Virus record (IMG/VR): IMGVR_UViG_3300048575_000503 | DNA length: 64,000 nt | Source of the DNA: a virus | Strand: one strand, 5' to 3' | Shown: positions 56,211-64,000 of the stretch, in pieces | How the letters are laid out: every line of letters starts with the position of its first letter | Position numbering within the stretch: position 1 is the stretch's first letter | Program-made: the position numbers and the translations under genes | Notes under the pieces: generated by a model | What the model saw: only the letters and a program-made list of their open reading frames with translations | The model's database searches: none | What the model was told of the DNA's origin: nothing

Positions 56211-56534
56211 ATGGCTTACAGTAGCATACAGTCGGAATTCAGCCTCGCGCCAGAAGCGCCAATTCGTCGGCTTGTTCCGATCACGCCTAACGACAATGCC
56301 GACCTTCCAGAAGGTCCGGCGCGCCTGTTGGTCATTTCCGGCGGCGGTCGCATCGCCGTTGTTCCCATGAAGAACGCGAATGACGAGCCGGTTTACCTCA
56401 ACGCCTTTCCTAGTGAAAACCCGTACATCGTCCCTGTAGTTGTTCGCCGCGTTTTAGAGACAGGCACAGCCACGCCGACATCCGACCTCATCACCGCGAA
56501 TGGTGGGGCTTGGATTTTTGCTTGCTACGAGTGA
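56211..56534 (+). CDS. Head-spike base protein-like (RcGTA Rcc01079 type)
   Basis: ITPNDNADL...ARLL.I.GGG...PV.VRRVL.TGT, recalled similarity. Confidence 0.6.
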   Translation: MAYSSIQSEFSLAPEAPIRRLVPITPNDNADLPEGPARLLVISGGGRIAVVPMKNANDEPVYLNAFPSENPYIVPVVVRRVLETGTATPTSDLITANGGAWIFACYE

Positions 56535-56539
56535 CCGCC

Positions 56540-56884
56540 ATGCCAGTTCGCCCGCCTCGTCTCTGTTCTCTCTGCGGCAAGATTCATTTGTCTTACGAAC
56601 GCTGCCCCGCTGCGATCGAACGTGATCGCCAGCGTAAGGCCGCGTTTGACCAGCAGCGCCTTTCAGCCCGCCAGCGCGGTTATTCCTCCAAGTGGGAACA
56701 GGCGCGCGAAGGCTATCTGAAGTCACATCCCGTCTGTGCCATCTGCGGAAAGCCTGCGACCGTCGTCGACCACATCAAGCCACACAAGGGCGACAAGGCG
56801 CTGTTCTGGGACCGAAGCAACTGGCAACCCCTTTGTTCCCATTGCCATAATTCATTCAAGCAGTCACAGGAGCGCCGGTCATGA
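56540..56884 (+). CDS. HNH endonuclease (packaging cofactor)
   Basis: RGYSSKW, CAICG, VVDHIKPH, NWQPLCSHCH. Confidence 0.93.
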   Translation: MPVRPPRLCSLCGKIHLSYERCPAAIERDRQRKAAFDQQRLSARQRGYSSKWEQAREGYLKSHPVCAICGKPATVVDHIKPHKGDKALFWDRSNWQPLCSHCHNSFKQSQERRS

Positions 56885-57234
56885 GCCTTGACACGTTCAC
56901 CCCGCCACGCATCCCCGATGCACCGATGGCAGAAACCAACAAGGTGTCACTCTCTGAAGCGGAGTTCGGCGACGGATACACGCAGGCAACCCCAAACGGC
57001 TTGAACCACATCCGGCGTAGCTATCAGGCGAAGTGGAGTGCCCTCACTGACGACGAAGCACAGACGATCGTCGCATTCATGGTCGCGCACAAAGGTAGTG
57101 AGCCATTTTGGTACACGGTGCCGCGCATCGGAAAGCTGAAGGTCTCATGCAAGAATTGGTCACGCACCCTCAACGAGCTTGGATCGGTCGATGTGACCGC
57201 TGAGCTAGTGGAGAGCTTCAGCACTGAGGCTTGA
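56881..57234 (+). CDS. Distal tail protein (lambda gpM-like)
   Basis: AEFGDGYTQATPNGLN, AHKGSEPFWYT. Confidence 0.88.
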   Translation: MSLDTFTPPRIPDAPMAETNKVSLSEAEFGDGYTQATPNGLNHIRRSYQAKWSALTDDEAQTIVAFMVAHKGSEPFWYTVPRIGKLKVSCKNWSRTLNELGSVDVTAELVESFSTEA

Positions 57235-57298
57235 GGCGCCGAACCCAAGGCATACTATATCTAGTAGTAGTTAAAAATACGTATGGTGGTAGTGCTTA

Positions 57299-57385
57299 AG
57301 GGGTAGGGGGGGGGATTAGTTAATCTTTTCAATAGGTTGGGGGACCGGCGTGGGGTGCTTCGCGCAAGAGATTCCCGAAATAGAA
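57299..57385. promoter_or_regulatory. Candidate cos site of element 2
   Basis: G-run GGGGTAGGGGGGGG, then GGGGACCGGCGTGGGG...CGCGCAAGAGATTCCC in the only sizeable gap after the HNH/Dit genes. Confidence 0.5.
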
Positions 57386-57433
57386 ATTTCAACTACTACA
57401 TATTGTATATAAAATTCGATTGGACACTATATC

Positions 57434-57724
57434 ATGACGACTATCCCACTTGCCGACCTGAAGACATTTCTGAACGTTGAAGGTGCTGCCGACGATGAGG
57501 TGCTTTCGCAGATTCTCGCCGGCTCCGAAGCGTTCACAAACCGATTCCTGTCGACGCCGATTGCCGACATGGATCCGCTTCCGGCTGATCTGAAGATGGC
57601 CGTGCTGTTGCTCGCCGGTCACTTCTACAACAATCGCGAGGCGACGACGGCCGATTTCAGCGTCTATGCGCTGCCGCTTGGCTTCTCCGACCTGATCCAA
57701 GCGCATCGCGGGTGGAGCTTTTAA
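57434..57724 (+). CDS. Head-tail connector (HK97 gp6-like)
   Basis: LADLKTFL.V..DD...LKMAVLLLAGHFYNNRE. Confidence 0.92.
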   Translation: MTTIPLADLKTFLNVEGAADDEVLSQILAGSEAFTNRFLSTPIADMDPLPADLKMAVLLLAGHFYNNREATTADFSVYALPLGFSDLIQAHRGWSF

Positions 57725-57725
57725 G

Positions 57726-58136
57726 ATGGCTTCGCAGTCCGACCGCCTTCGCCGCCGACTTCAGGCGATCCCCGCTGCCGTTCGCACAGCCGTTCAGCCG
57801 ACGATTGTCGCTGCTGGAAATGACCTTGCGGGCGATATGCGTCGGCTTGCGCCAGAAGATACCGGCGCGCTGAAGGCGTCAATCCACGTCACGCCACCGG
57901 GTGGCACGACGCCGCCGTACAGTCAGCCGGGCGGTTCGCGTGTTGCCGGTGAGCTTGAGGCGCTGGTGACAGCCGGCGATAGCGAGGTTCGATATGCGCA
58001 CCTTGTCGAGTTCGGCACCACCGAGGCGGCAGCGCAGCCGTTCTTTTGGGTGGCGGTTCGCCTTGATCGCAAGCGCCTTACCAGCCGCATCAAGCGCGCC
58101 ATATCCAAAGCCGTTCGGAAGGAATGGGCGCGATGA
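57726..58136 (+). CDS. HK97 gp10-like tail component
   Basis: APEDTGALKASI, YAHLVEFGT, AQPFF. Confidence 0.9.
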   Translation: MASQSDRLRRRLQAIPAAVRTAVQPTIVAAGNDLAGDMRRLAPEDTGALKASIHVTPPGGTTPPYSQPGGSRVAGELEALVTAGDSEVRYAHLVEFGTTEAAAQPFFWVAVRLDRKRLTSRIKRAISKAVRKEWAR

Positions 58137-58546
58137 CCGAAGCGAGCCTTGCCGTACAGATCGCCATCCGTCGCCGGCTTCTGACCTCTGCCGATTTGCT
58201 CGCCATTGTGCCGGCAAACCGTATCAAAGAAGGTCCGGCGCGACCGGAACAGTTCCCTACGATCATTATCGGCGACGGGCAGATATCTGCCGAACCGATC
58301 ACATTCAGCCGGCGCGAGATCACCGTTTATTCCGACTTGCACATTTGGGCGACCGAGACCGGCCTTGCCGGTGGCAAAGCGATCGCCGGCCTAGTGCAAG
58401 CGGCGCTTCGTGCGCGCCTTGATTCTATTGAGGAATATCATGTTTTTGATAGCCAGGTTTCATCCATTCGTTTTCTTCGTGACCCGGACGGCCAGCATTC
58501 TCATGCCGTTGTGAGCGTGGTTGTGAAATTGCAGGAGACTCTGTAA
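58133..58546 (+). CDS. Tail terminator (DUF3168)
   Basis: ASLAVQIAIRRRL, FPTIIIGD, LHIWA, RDPDGQHSHAVV. Confidence 0.88.
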   Translation: MTEASLAVQIAIRRRLLTSADLLAIVPANRIKEGPARPEQFPTIIIGDGQISAEPITFSRREITVYSDLHIWATETGLAGGKAIAGLVQAALRARLDSIEEYHVFDSQVSSIRFLRDPDGQHSHAVVSVVVKLQETL

Positions 58547-58878
58547 TGCGTGCAGGAAATTTGAAGCACACCGCGCACATTCGCCGCTATGGCGAGCCGG
58601 TGATTGATGAGGCGGGACGAGAGGTTCCGTCTGGCGTGACAGTTACGTTACGACGCGCCGAGCTTGTGTCACGGGAGATTACGGAAGCCCAGACCGAGCC
58701 GGGCGCACGTGCCACTGAGAAGCTGGTGCTTCGCATCAGGAACGACCTCGACGAAGCCGTGTTGACATCGGACGTGATCGCCCTCGACGACATCGGACGC
58801 GAGTTCGACATCACGTCATTGGCGACACTGGAGAACGGCCGCGTGCTCGAAATCCATTGCGAGGGGGCGGCATCATGA
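58546..58878 (+). CDS. Head closure / head-tail adaptor
   Basis: MRAGNLKH start, ...LEIHCE end. Confidence 0.8.
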   Translation: MRAGNLKHTAHIRRYGEPVIDEAGREVPSGVTVTLRRAELVSREITEAQTEPGARATEKLVLRIRNDLDEAVLTSDVIALDDIGREFDITSLATLENGRVLEIHCEGAAS

Positions 58879-59264
58879 CACGCGGATTGAAGCCATCGGG
58901 CATCGTCACCGCTAGTCGGACCGTTGCCACCGTGCCTAAGCCACCGGCTTGGTTGAGCCGGTTCGCGAAGGACGAATGGCGTCGCGTGGCGCCGATCCTT
59001 GTCGAACGCGCCGTGCTGACCGAAGCGGACCTTGGCACGCTTGAATCATTCTGTGTTTCGAGCGGCATCGTTCGACAGGCGCAGATCGAAATTAGCCGAG
59101 ACGGCCTTGTTATCGCCGGCAAGCGCCACGCTGCCTTTGGCGTCCTGAACGCTGCCCAGACCACGGCGCGCCTTTGCGCGGCAGAGCTTGGCTTAACGCC
59201 GGTTAGCCGCAGCCGGCCAGCTATCCGAGACGACGAAGATGCTGATTCCCTCTTGGATATCTGA
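58875..59264 (+). CDS. Terminase small subunit (P27 family)
   Basis: PKPPAWLS..AKDEWRRV, ELGLTPVSRSR. Confidence 0.92.
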   Translation: MTRGLKPSGIVTASRTVATVPKPPAWLSRFAKDEWRRVAPILVERAVLTEADLGTLESFCVSSGIVRQAQIEISRDGLVIAGKRHAAFGVLNAAQTTARLCAAELGLTPVSRSRPAIRDDEDADSLLDI

Positions 59265-60855
59265 CGGCAGCGAAATCCCCGATCCGTTCGGCCATGGCGA
59301 GCGCGCCGTGCAGTGGTTGCGGCGCCTGAAGCACCCTAAGAGCAAGGCGGCAGGGCGCGCTTTCCAGTTGGACCCATGGCAAGAGCGCGTCATCCGCAAG
59401 CTATATGGTCCTCGGAAACCGGATGGATCGCGCATCGTTCGGCGCTTGGTTTTGCTGCTGCCGCGTGGCAACCGCAAGACCAGCCTATGCGCAGCTATCA
59501 CGCTGCTTCACCTTATCGGCCCAGAGCGTCAGCCGGGCAATCTCATCGTGTCCGCCGCGTCGGCACGTGAGCAGGCGCGCGAGTTGTTCAACGAAGCGGC
59601 GCTTATCGTCACCGGTGATAAGCGGCTTAGTTCGCATCTCCGCATCAAGGACTATCAGTCCGAGATCGGCTTTCCCAAGGATCGCAGCCGCTATGTGGCC
59701 GTCGCTTCTGACGGCAAGGTGCAGCATGGTAAGACGCCGAACGTCGTCATTGCCGACGAGCTGCACGCGTGGGAAGGCGCCGCTGGTCGAAAGCAGTGGG
59801 AAGCGTTGGACTCGGCGCTGGTCAAGGTGCCGGATACGCTCTTGATTGTCGCGACCACGTCGGGACGCGGGCAGGAAAATCTTGCTTGGACGACGGTCGA
59901 GTACGCCATGAAGGTTCAGCGTGGCGAGATCGACGACCCGGCGACCCTGCCGGTTCTCTTTATGGCTGAAGAAGGAGATGACTGGCGGGACGAAGCGGTT
60001 TGGCACGCCATCAATCCCGGCATGGAACACGGCTATCCCGATTTGTCCGCCTTCCGCGATAAGGCGCATAAGGCAATCCTGTCGCCACCAGATCGTGACG
60101 GCTTTATGCAATATAACCTCAACCGGTGGCTGGACTATTCGGCAGCGCCGTTCGTCGAGATGAGCGCTTATGACCAGCCGGGGAACGCAGCGCCGATCGA
60201 TCTGGATGCGCTCGCAGGCAAGCCGTGCTGGCTTGGCGTCGACCTTTCGAGCAACGGCGACCTAACAGCGATCGTCGCCGCGTGGCGAGACGGCAGCGGC
60301 GGCTACATCGTCCAGCCTTGGTTTTTCTGCCCGGCGGACAATTTGCAGCGCAAGGCGGACAAGGACGGCGCGCCCTATCCGCTATGGGCAGACCAAGGGT
60401 TCATCAACCCGACGCCGGGCAATGTCGTCGACTACCGCGCGATTGCCGACACAATCCGGGAGCTGGCGAGCCGCTATGACGTGAAAGAGATCGCATACGA
60501 TCCGTACGGCTCGGCACAGATCATGGTCGAACTCGCCGAGGAAGGCTTGCCATGCGTGGCATTCCGGCAGGGCATGCTGTCCATGGCACCAGCGACGAAA
60601 GAGCTAGAACGCGCCATCCTCGCCGGGCAGCTTCGCCATGGGGCGCATCCGGTGTTGCGGTGGAATTTTGACAACATCGCTGTCGAGAAGGACGCGGCCG
60701 GGAACGTCAAGTTCAGCAAGGCGAAGTCGCGTGACAAGATCGACGGCGCCGTTGCCGCCGCGATGGCTGTTGCCCGTGCAGCCGCTGGCGAAGAAACATC
60801 GATTATTTACAATAACTTATCGGCTAGGCCGCAAGGCATTATTTGGTTGGATTGA
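59239..60855 (+). CDS. Terminase large subunit (HK97-like)
   Basis: LDPWQ, PRGNRKT, IADELH, LGVDLS, KIDGAVA. Confidence 0.95.
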   Translation: MLIPSWISDGSEIPDPFGHGERAVQWLRRLKHPKSKAAGRAFQLDPWQERVIRKLYGPRKPDGSRIVRRLVLLLPRGNRKTSLCAAITLLHLIGPERQPGNLIVSAASAREQARELFNEAALIVTGDKRLSSHLRIKDYQSEIGFPKDRSRYVAVASDGKVQHGKTPNVVIADELHAWEGAAGRKQWEALDSALVKVPDTLLIVATTSGRGQENLAWTTVEYAMKVQRGEIDDPATLPVLFMAEEGDDWRDEAVWHAINPGMEHGYPDLSAFRDKAHKAILSPPDRDGFMQYNLNRWLDYSAAPFVEMSAYDQPGNAAPIDLDALAGKPCWLGVDLSSNGDLTAIVAAWRDGSGGYIVQPWFFCPADNLQRKADKDGAPYPLWADQGFINPTPGNVVDYRAIADTIRELASRYDVKEIAYDPYGSAQIMVELAEEGLPCVAFRQGMLSMAPATKELERAILAGQLRHGAHPVLRWNFDNIAVEKDAAGNVKFSKAKSRDKIDGAVAAAMAVARAAAGEETSIIYNNLSARPQGIIWLD

Positions 60856-60859
60856 GAAA

Positions 60860-63568
60860 ATGGCAACAGATGAGGAGCGGCTTGTCGTCTCGCTTGAGGC
60901 GCGCATCCGTGATTTTGAAAAGCAGATGGACCGCGCCGCGAAGGCGGGTAGCAAGAGCTTCGACTCGATTGAGAAGCGCGCCAAGGTATCGGCCGCGACG
61001 TTAGAGAAGTCGCTTTCTGGCGCTGCCGCCGGTATCGGCAAGGGCCTGAACGCGGCGCTGTCGGCATTCGGTGGCGGCTTTGCCGGCGCTTTGATCGGTG
61101 GCGGTTTGAGCGGGGTTATTGCCAACCTCGGCGAAATCAGCCGGGGCATTGCCGAAGTTGGCGACAAGGCCAAAATGACCGGCTTGTCGAACAAGGCGTT
61201 TCAGGAACTCGCCTTCGTCGCCTCGCAAAACCGGATCGAGGTCGACGCGCTGGCGGACGGCATGAAGGAACTTCAGCTTCGCGGCGATGAGTGGATCAAG
61301 ACCGGTTCCGGTGGTGGTGCCGAGAGTTTCCAGCGCCTTGGCTTCAGTGCGACCGAGCTTGCGAGCCGGCTGAAAGACCCAAGCGCCTTGCTGGTCGAAA
61401 TCATCCGACGCGTTCAGACGCTCGACAAGGCCGCGCAAATCCGCATTTTTGATGAGTTGTTCGGCGGTCAGGGCGGCGAGAAGTTCGTGCAGCTTATCGC
61501 CCAAGGAGCGGATGGCGTTCAGGCGACGATCGATCGGGCGAACGAACTCGGCGCCGTCATGTCGGATGAGGTGATAGCCAAAGCCGCTGAGATCGACCGG
61601 GAATTTAATGCCATTTCGGCGACGGTTGCCACTGGCCTCAAGTCTGAAATCATTGAAGTTGTTAGGTATTTTGGCGAACTGCTGGACAAGCTCAACCAGT
61701 TGGACCAGCAGAGCAACGCCAACATCCAGCGCCGGCTGGTGCAGGTCTACGCTGGCCGCGAGAAGCTGAAAGAGCGCATTGCGGCCGATGAGGCGAAGTC
61801 GGCGGCGAACCCCGACAACGTGGTGTTGCTCGACCAGCTTGAAGGCGAAAAAGCCAAACTGGAAGAGCTGACCGACGAGGCGATGAAGCTTCGTGACATC
61901 CTCGACGAACGCGCCGGCTGGAAATCTGGCGAGAACGTCGTGGACGAAGCAACGGCTGCCAAAGATAGAGTCGACCGGCTCGGAACCGCGCTTGGCGGCA
62001 CTGTGAACGGCGCAACGGCTGGCTCGACAGCTATGCGGACTTTTGCCGACGCCATCAGGGCCTTGAAGGACGAAATCCCTGATTTAGCAAAGGAATTGGC
62101 AAACCTCGACGCCAAGGCGAAAATCGAGAGCGTCTACGCGTCGGCGCTTCGCATGGCCTCGACGCCGGCAGAACTGCTTGCAGCGTCAAACCTGCACGAC
62201 ACGGCACTTGCGGCGCTTGCCGGCAAGGACACGAAGGCTGCGGCTTCGAAAGGCATGCTCGACTTGATCGGCCTCACAGAAGGCACTGATCGAGGGCGTG
62301 GCTACAACGAGGTTTTGGGCTACGGTGCTTTCACCGGCGGACCGGTCAACCTTACAACCATGACCCTCGACGACGTGATGGCGCTTCAAGGCCGCATGCT
62401 CGCGGACCCCGCGAACAGCTTCCATAGCTCGGCTGTTGGCCGCTACCAGATCACCAAAACGACGCTTGCCGACCTGATGGGGCGGCTTGGCTTGAAGGGC
62501 GACGAGCTTTACGACCCCGCGATGCAGGACCGACTTGCCGAGGAACTTTTGCGGCAGTCAGGCGGCGATCCGGCAAAGCTACGCGGACGTTGGACCAGCC
62601 TGAAGGGTGTCGACGATGCGACTATCAGTCAGGCGTACGGACAGAGCAGCCTTAGCCTCGGCAACATGGACCCCGGCTTGAAGCAGCAAGCGACAGCCTA
62701 TGCTGAACTTGTGGCGAACGCGAAGCAGTATGTTGCAGTGCAGCAACAGGAACAGCAGGCGGTCGGACAGACCAAGGTGCAGGCGGCGACCCTTCGCTAT
62801 GAACAATCGATGCTCGCCGAGGCACAGCGCGCCGGCATCCAGTTGGCGCCGGAACAGCGAAACCAGCTTCATGAACTCGCGGCGGCGATGGCCGAAGCCG
62901 AGCAGGCGACCGAGCGCACGGCTAAAGCGCAAGAGGGTCTGAATCAGGCAAAGCAGTTTTTTGGCTCGACGATCGCCAACGCCTTCACTGGCCTGATCAC
63001 CGGCGCACAATCGTTTGATCAGGTTTTACAACAGGTTATCAATAGCCTCATTCAGGCAGCGATCCAAGGCGCTTTGCTCGGCGAGGGACCGCTTGGAAGC
63101 CTGTTCGGTGGCGGCGGCGGTATTCTCGGCGCGATTTTCGGCTTTGCGCGTGGTGGCGTTGTGCAGGCCGCGACTGGCGGACACATCGTCGGACCCGGCA
63201 CAGGCACATCCGATAGCATTCCGGCGCTGCTGAGCAACGGCGAATTCGTCATCAACTCTGCCGCTACGAGAAAACACCGCGCCCTGCTTGAGGCGATCAA
63301 CTCAGGAACGATTCTCGGATTTGCCGATGGTGGCGCCGTCTCGCCGGCCGCTCCAAGTCTGCCACGTGCTAAGGTTGTATCCGGCGATGGGGCGACGGGC
63401 AACCTCACGGTTCAGAACAACATCACGGTCAACGGCAGTGCCGGCACGCCGGAACAGAACGCGGACCTTGCCCAGAAGACGGCGAAAGCGGCAGAACAGA
63501 GCGTCCGCAAGATCGTTGTCGAAGAGATGTACAAGCAGCGCCGGCAGGGCGGCATTCTGTCCCGGTGA
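60860..63568 (+). CDS. Tape measure protein with internal lysozyme domain
   Basis: LVVSLEARI start; EGT...SSAVGRYQI muramidase; GPGTGTSDSIPALLSNGEFV. Confidence 0.9.
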   Translation: MATDEERLVVSLEARIRDFEKQMDRAAKAGSKSFDSIEKRAKVSAATLEKSLSGAAAGIGKGLNAALSAFGGGFAGALIGGGLSGVIANLGEISRGIAEVGDKAKMTGLSNKAFQELAFVASQNRIEVDALADGMKELQLRGDEWIKTGSGGGAESFQRLGFSATELASRLKDPSALLVEIIRRVQTLDKAAQIRIFDELFGGQGGEKFVQLIAQGADGVQATIDRANELGAVMSDEVIAKAAEIDREFNAISATVATGLKSEIIEVVRYFGELLDKLNQLDQQSNANIQRRLVQVYAGREKLKERIAADEAKSAANPDNVVLLDQLEGEKAKLEELTDEAMKLRDILDERAGWKSGENVVDEATAAKDRVDRLGTALGGTVNGATAGSTAMRTFADAIRALKDEIPDLAKELANLDAKAKIESVYASALRMASTPAELLAASNLHDTALAALAGKDTKAAASKGMLDLIGLTEGTDRGRGYNEVLGYGAFTGGPVNLTTMTLDDVMALQGRMLADPANSFHSSAVGRYQITKTTLADLMGRLGLKGDELYDPAMQDRLAEELLRQSGGDPAKLRGRWTSLKGVDDATISQAYGQSSLSLGNMDPGLKQQATAYAELVANAKQYVAVQQQEQQAVGQTKVQAATLRYEQSMLAEAQRAGIQLAPEQRNQLHELAAAMAEAEQATERTAKAQEGLNQAKQFFGSTIANAFTGLITGAQSFDQVLQQVINSLIQAAIQGALLGEGPLGSLFGGGGGILGAIFGFARGGVVQAATGGHIVGPGTGTSDSIPALLSNGEFVINSAATRKHRALLEAINSGTILGFADGGAVSPAAPSLPRAKVVSGDGATGNLTVQNNITVNGSAGTPEQNADLAQKTAKAAEQSVRKIVVEEMYKQRRQGGILSR

Positions 63569-63585
63569 GCTTCACGAAACTGTCT

Positions 63586-63682
63586 GCTAACTTCACACGG
63601 AAATCCGAAAGTGACAACTTGAAGGTCGGTGTGAAGTTAGCGCGAGCTGGTCGTAAATTTTTACAAAATTTATGCGACCAGC
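63586..63682. repeat. Two adjacent inverted repeats downstream of the tape measure gene
   Basis: GCTAACTTCACAC (63586-63598) / GTGTGAAGTTAGC (63629-63641); GCTGGTCG-TAAATTT...AAATTTA-TG-CGACCAGC (63646-63682). Confidence 0.7.
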
Positions 63683-64000
63683 GCATGCCCGGCTGAATGG
63701 CTCAAAAAAAAGTTCGCCGCAGGTGTGAATCTCATGCGGCTCGACACTATAAGCCATACAGGACACACGACGGCTGAAAAGCCGCGTCTAAATTTGGCTT
63801 TCGAAATAAACGCTCACTGGCTGGCTCCGCTGTCGGGGTACACGCACGTAGCTGACACATCTAGAAACCCAGCCCTGGACGAACCTGATCGATTTTAGAG
63901 CATGCTGAAACGAGAAGCATCGACGAGCAGTGAGAGCGAGACACGAAAGCGTCGACCCGATGACGTATACTAGAAAGATTCTAAACTAGGAAGCTTTAGA

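Larger units (their letters stand above)
49850..64000. mobile_element. Element 2: compact satellite-like / mini-prophage; right end probably outside window
   Basis: Own integrase next to att, then 17 co-oriented HK97/GTA-like morphogenesis genes. Confidence 0.85.

Noticed and set aside
60638-60859. N-terminal extensions given by the ORF track (also for sheath, gpJ, gpV, portal, protease, integrases)
   Set aside because: They overlap upstream genes; downstream ATGs fit RBS position and family N-termini better
51893-63568. Element 2 as a true RcGTA-like gene transfer agent
   Set aside because: It has an integrase, att, HNH, P27 terS and a cos-like site, lacks the GTA hub/megatron genes, and has a different gene order

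Overview
The window holds two integrated mobile elements in tandem in a GC-rich bacterium, probably an alphaproteobacterium (GapR homologue, GTA-type genes, typical codon usage). No host housekeeping locus is visible. Element 1 (from left of base 1 to ~49866) is a large temperate prophage. Its left arm, on the minus strand, carries primase and D5 helicase, two orphan DNA methyltransferases, lambda-type terminase/portal/capsid, a P2-type contractile tail, a lysis cassette, a phosphoesterase and a dNMP kinase. It has a cro/cI switch at ~37 kb, an early plus-strand operon (HD hydrolase, GapR, beta clamp, SSB, nuclease), an AT-richer three-gene island (AAA ATPase, S8 protease, unknown) and a tyrosine integrase. 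A 17-bp copy of a tRNA-Gln 3' end at 49850-49866 marks the junction with element 2. Element 2 (~49850 to or beyond the right edge) is a compact unit: an integrase followed by a scrambled HK97-type head, non-contractile tail tube, tape measure and Dit module. No tail tip, fibre, lysis, repressor or replication genes are visible for it in the window. Best leads: the satellite-like element 2, the IetAS-like island with a tightly coupled third gene, and a C5 methyltransferase locus that appears fully dual-coded in two frames. Element 1 shows signs of decay (integrase catalytic Arg to Gly, split baseplate gpI). All calls come from motif reading only; no searches were run.
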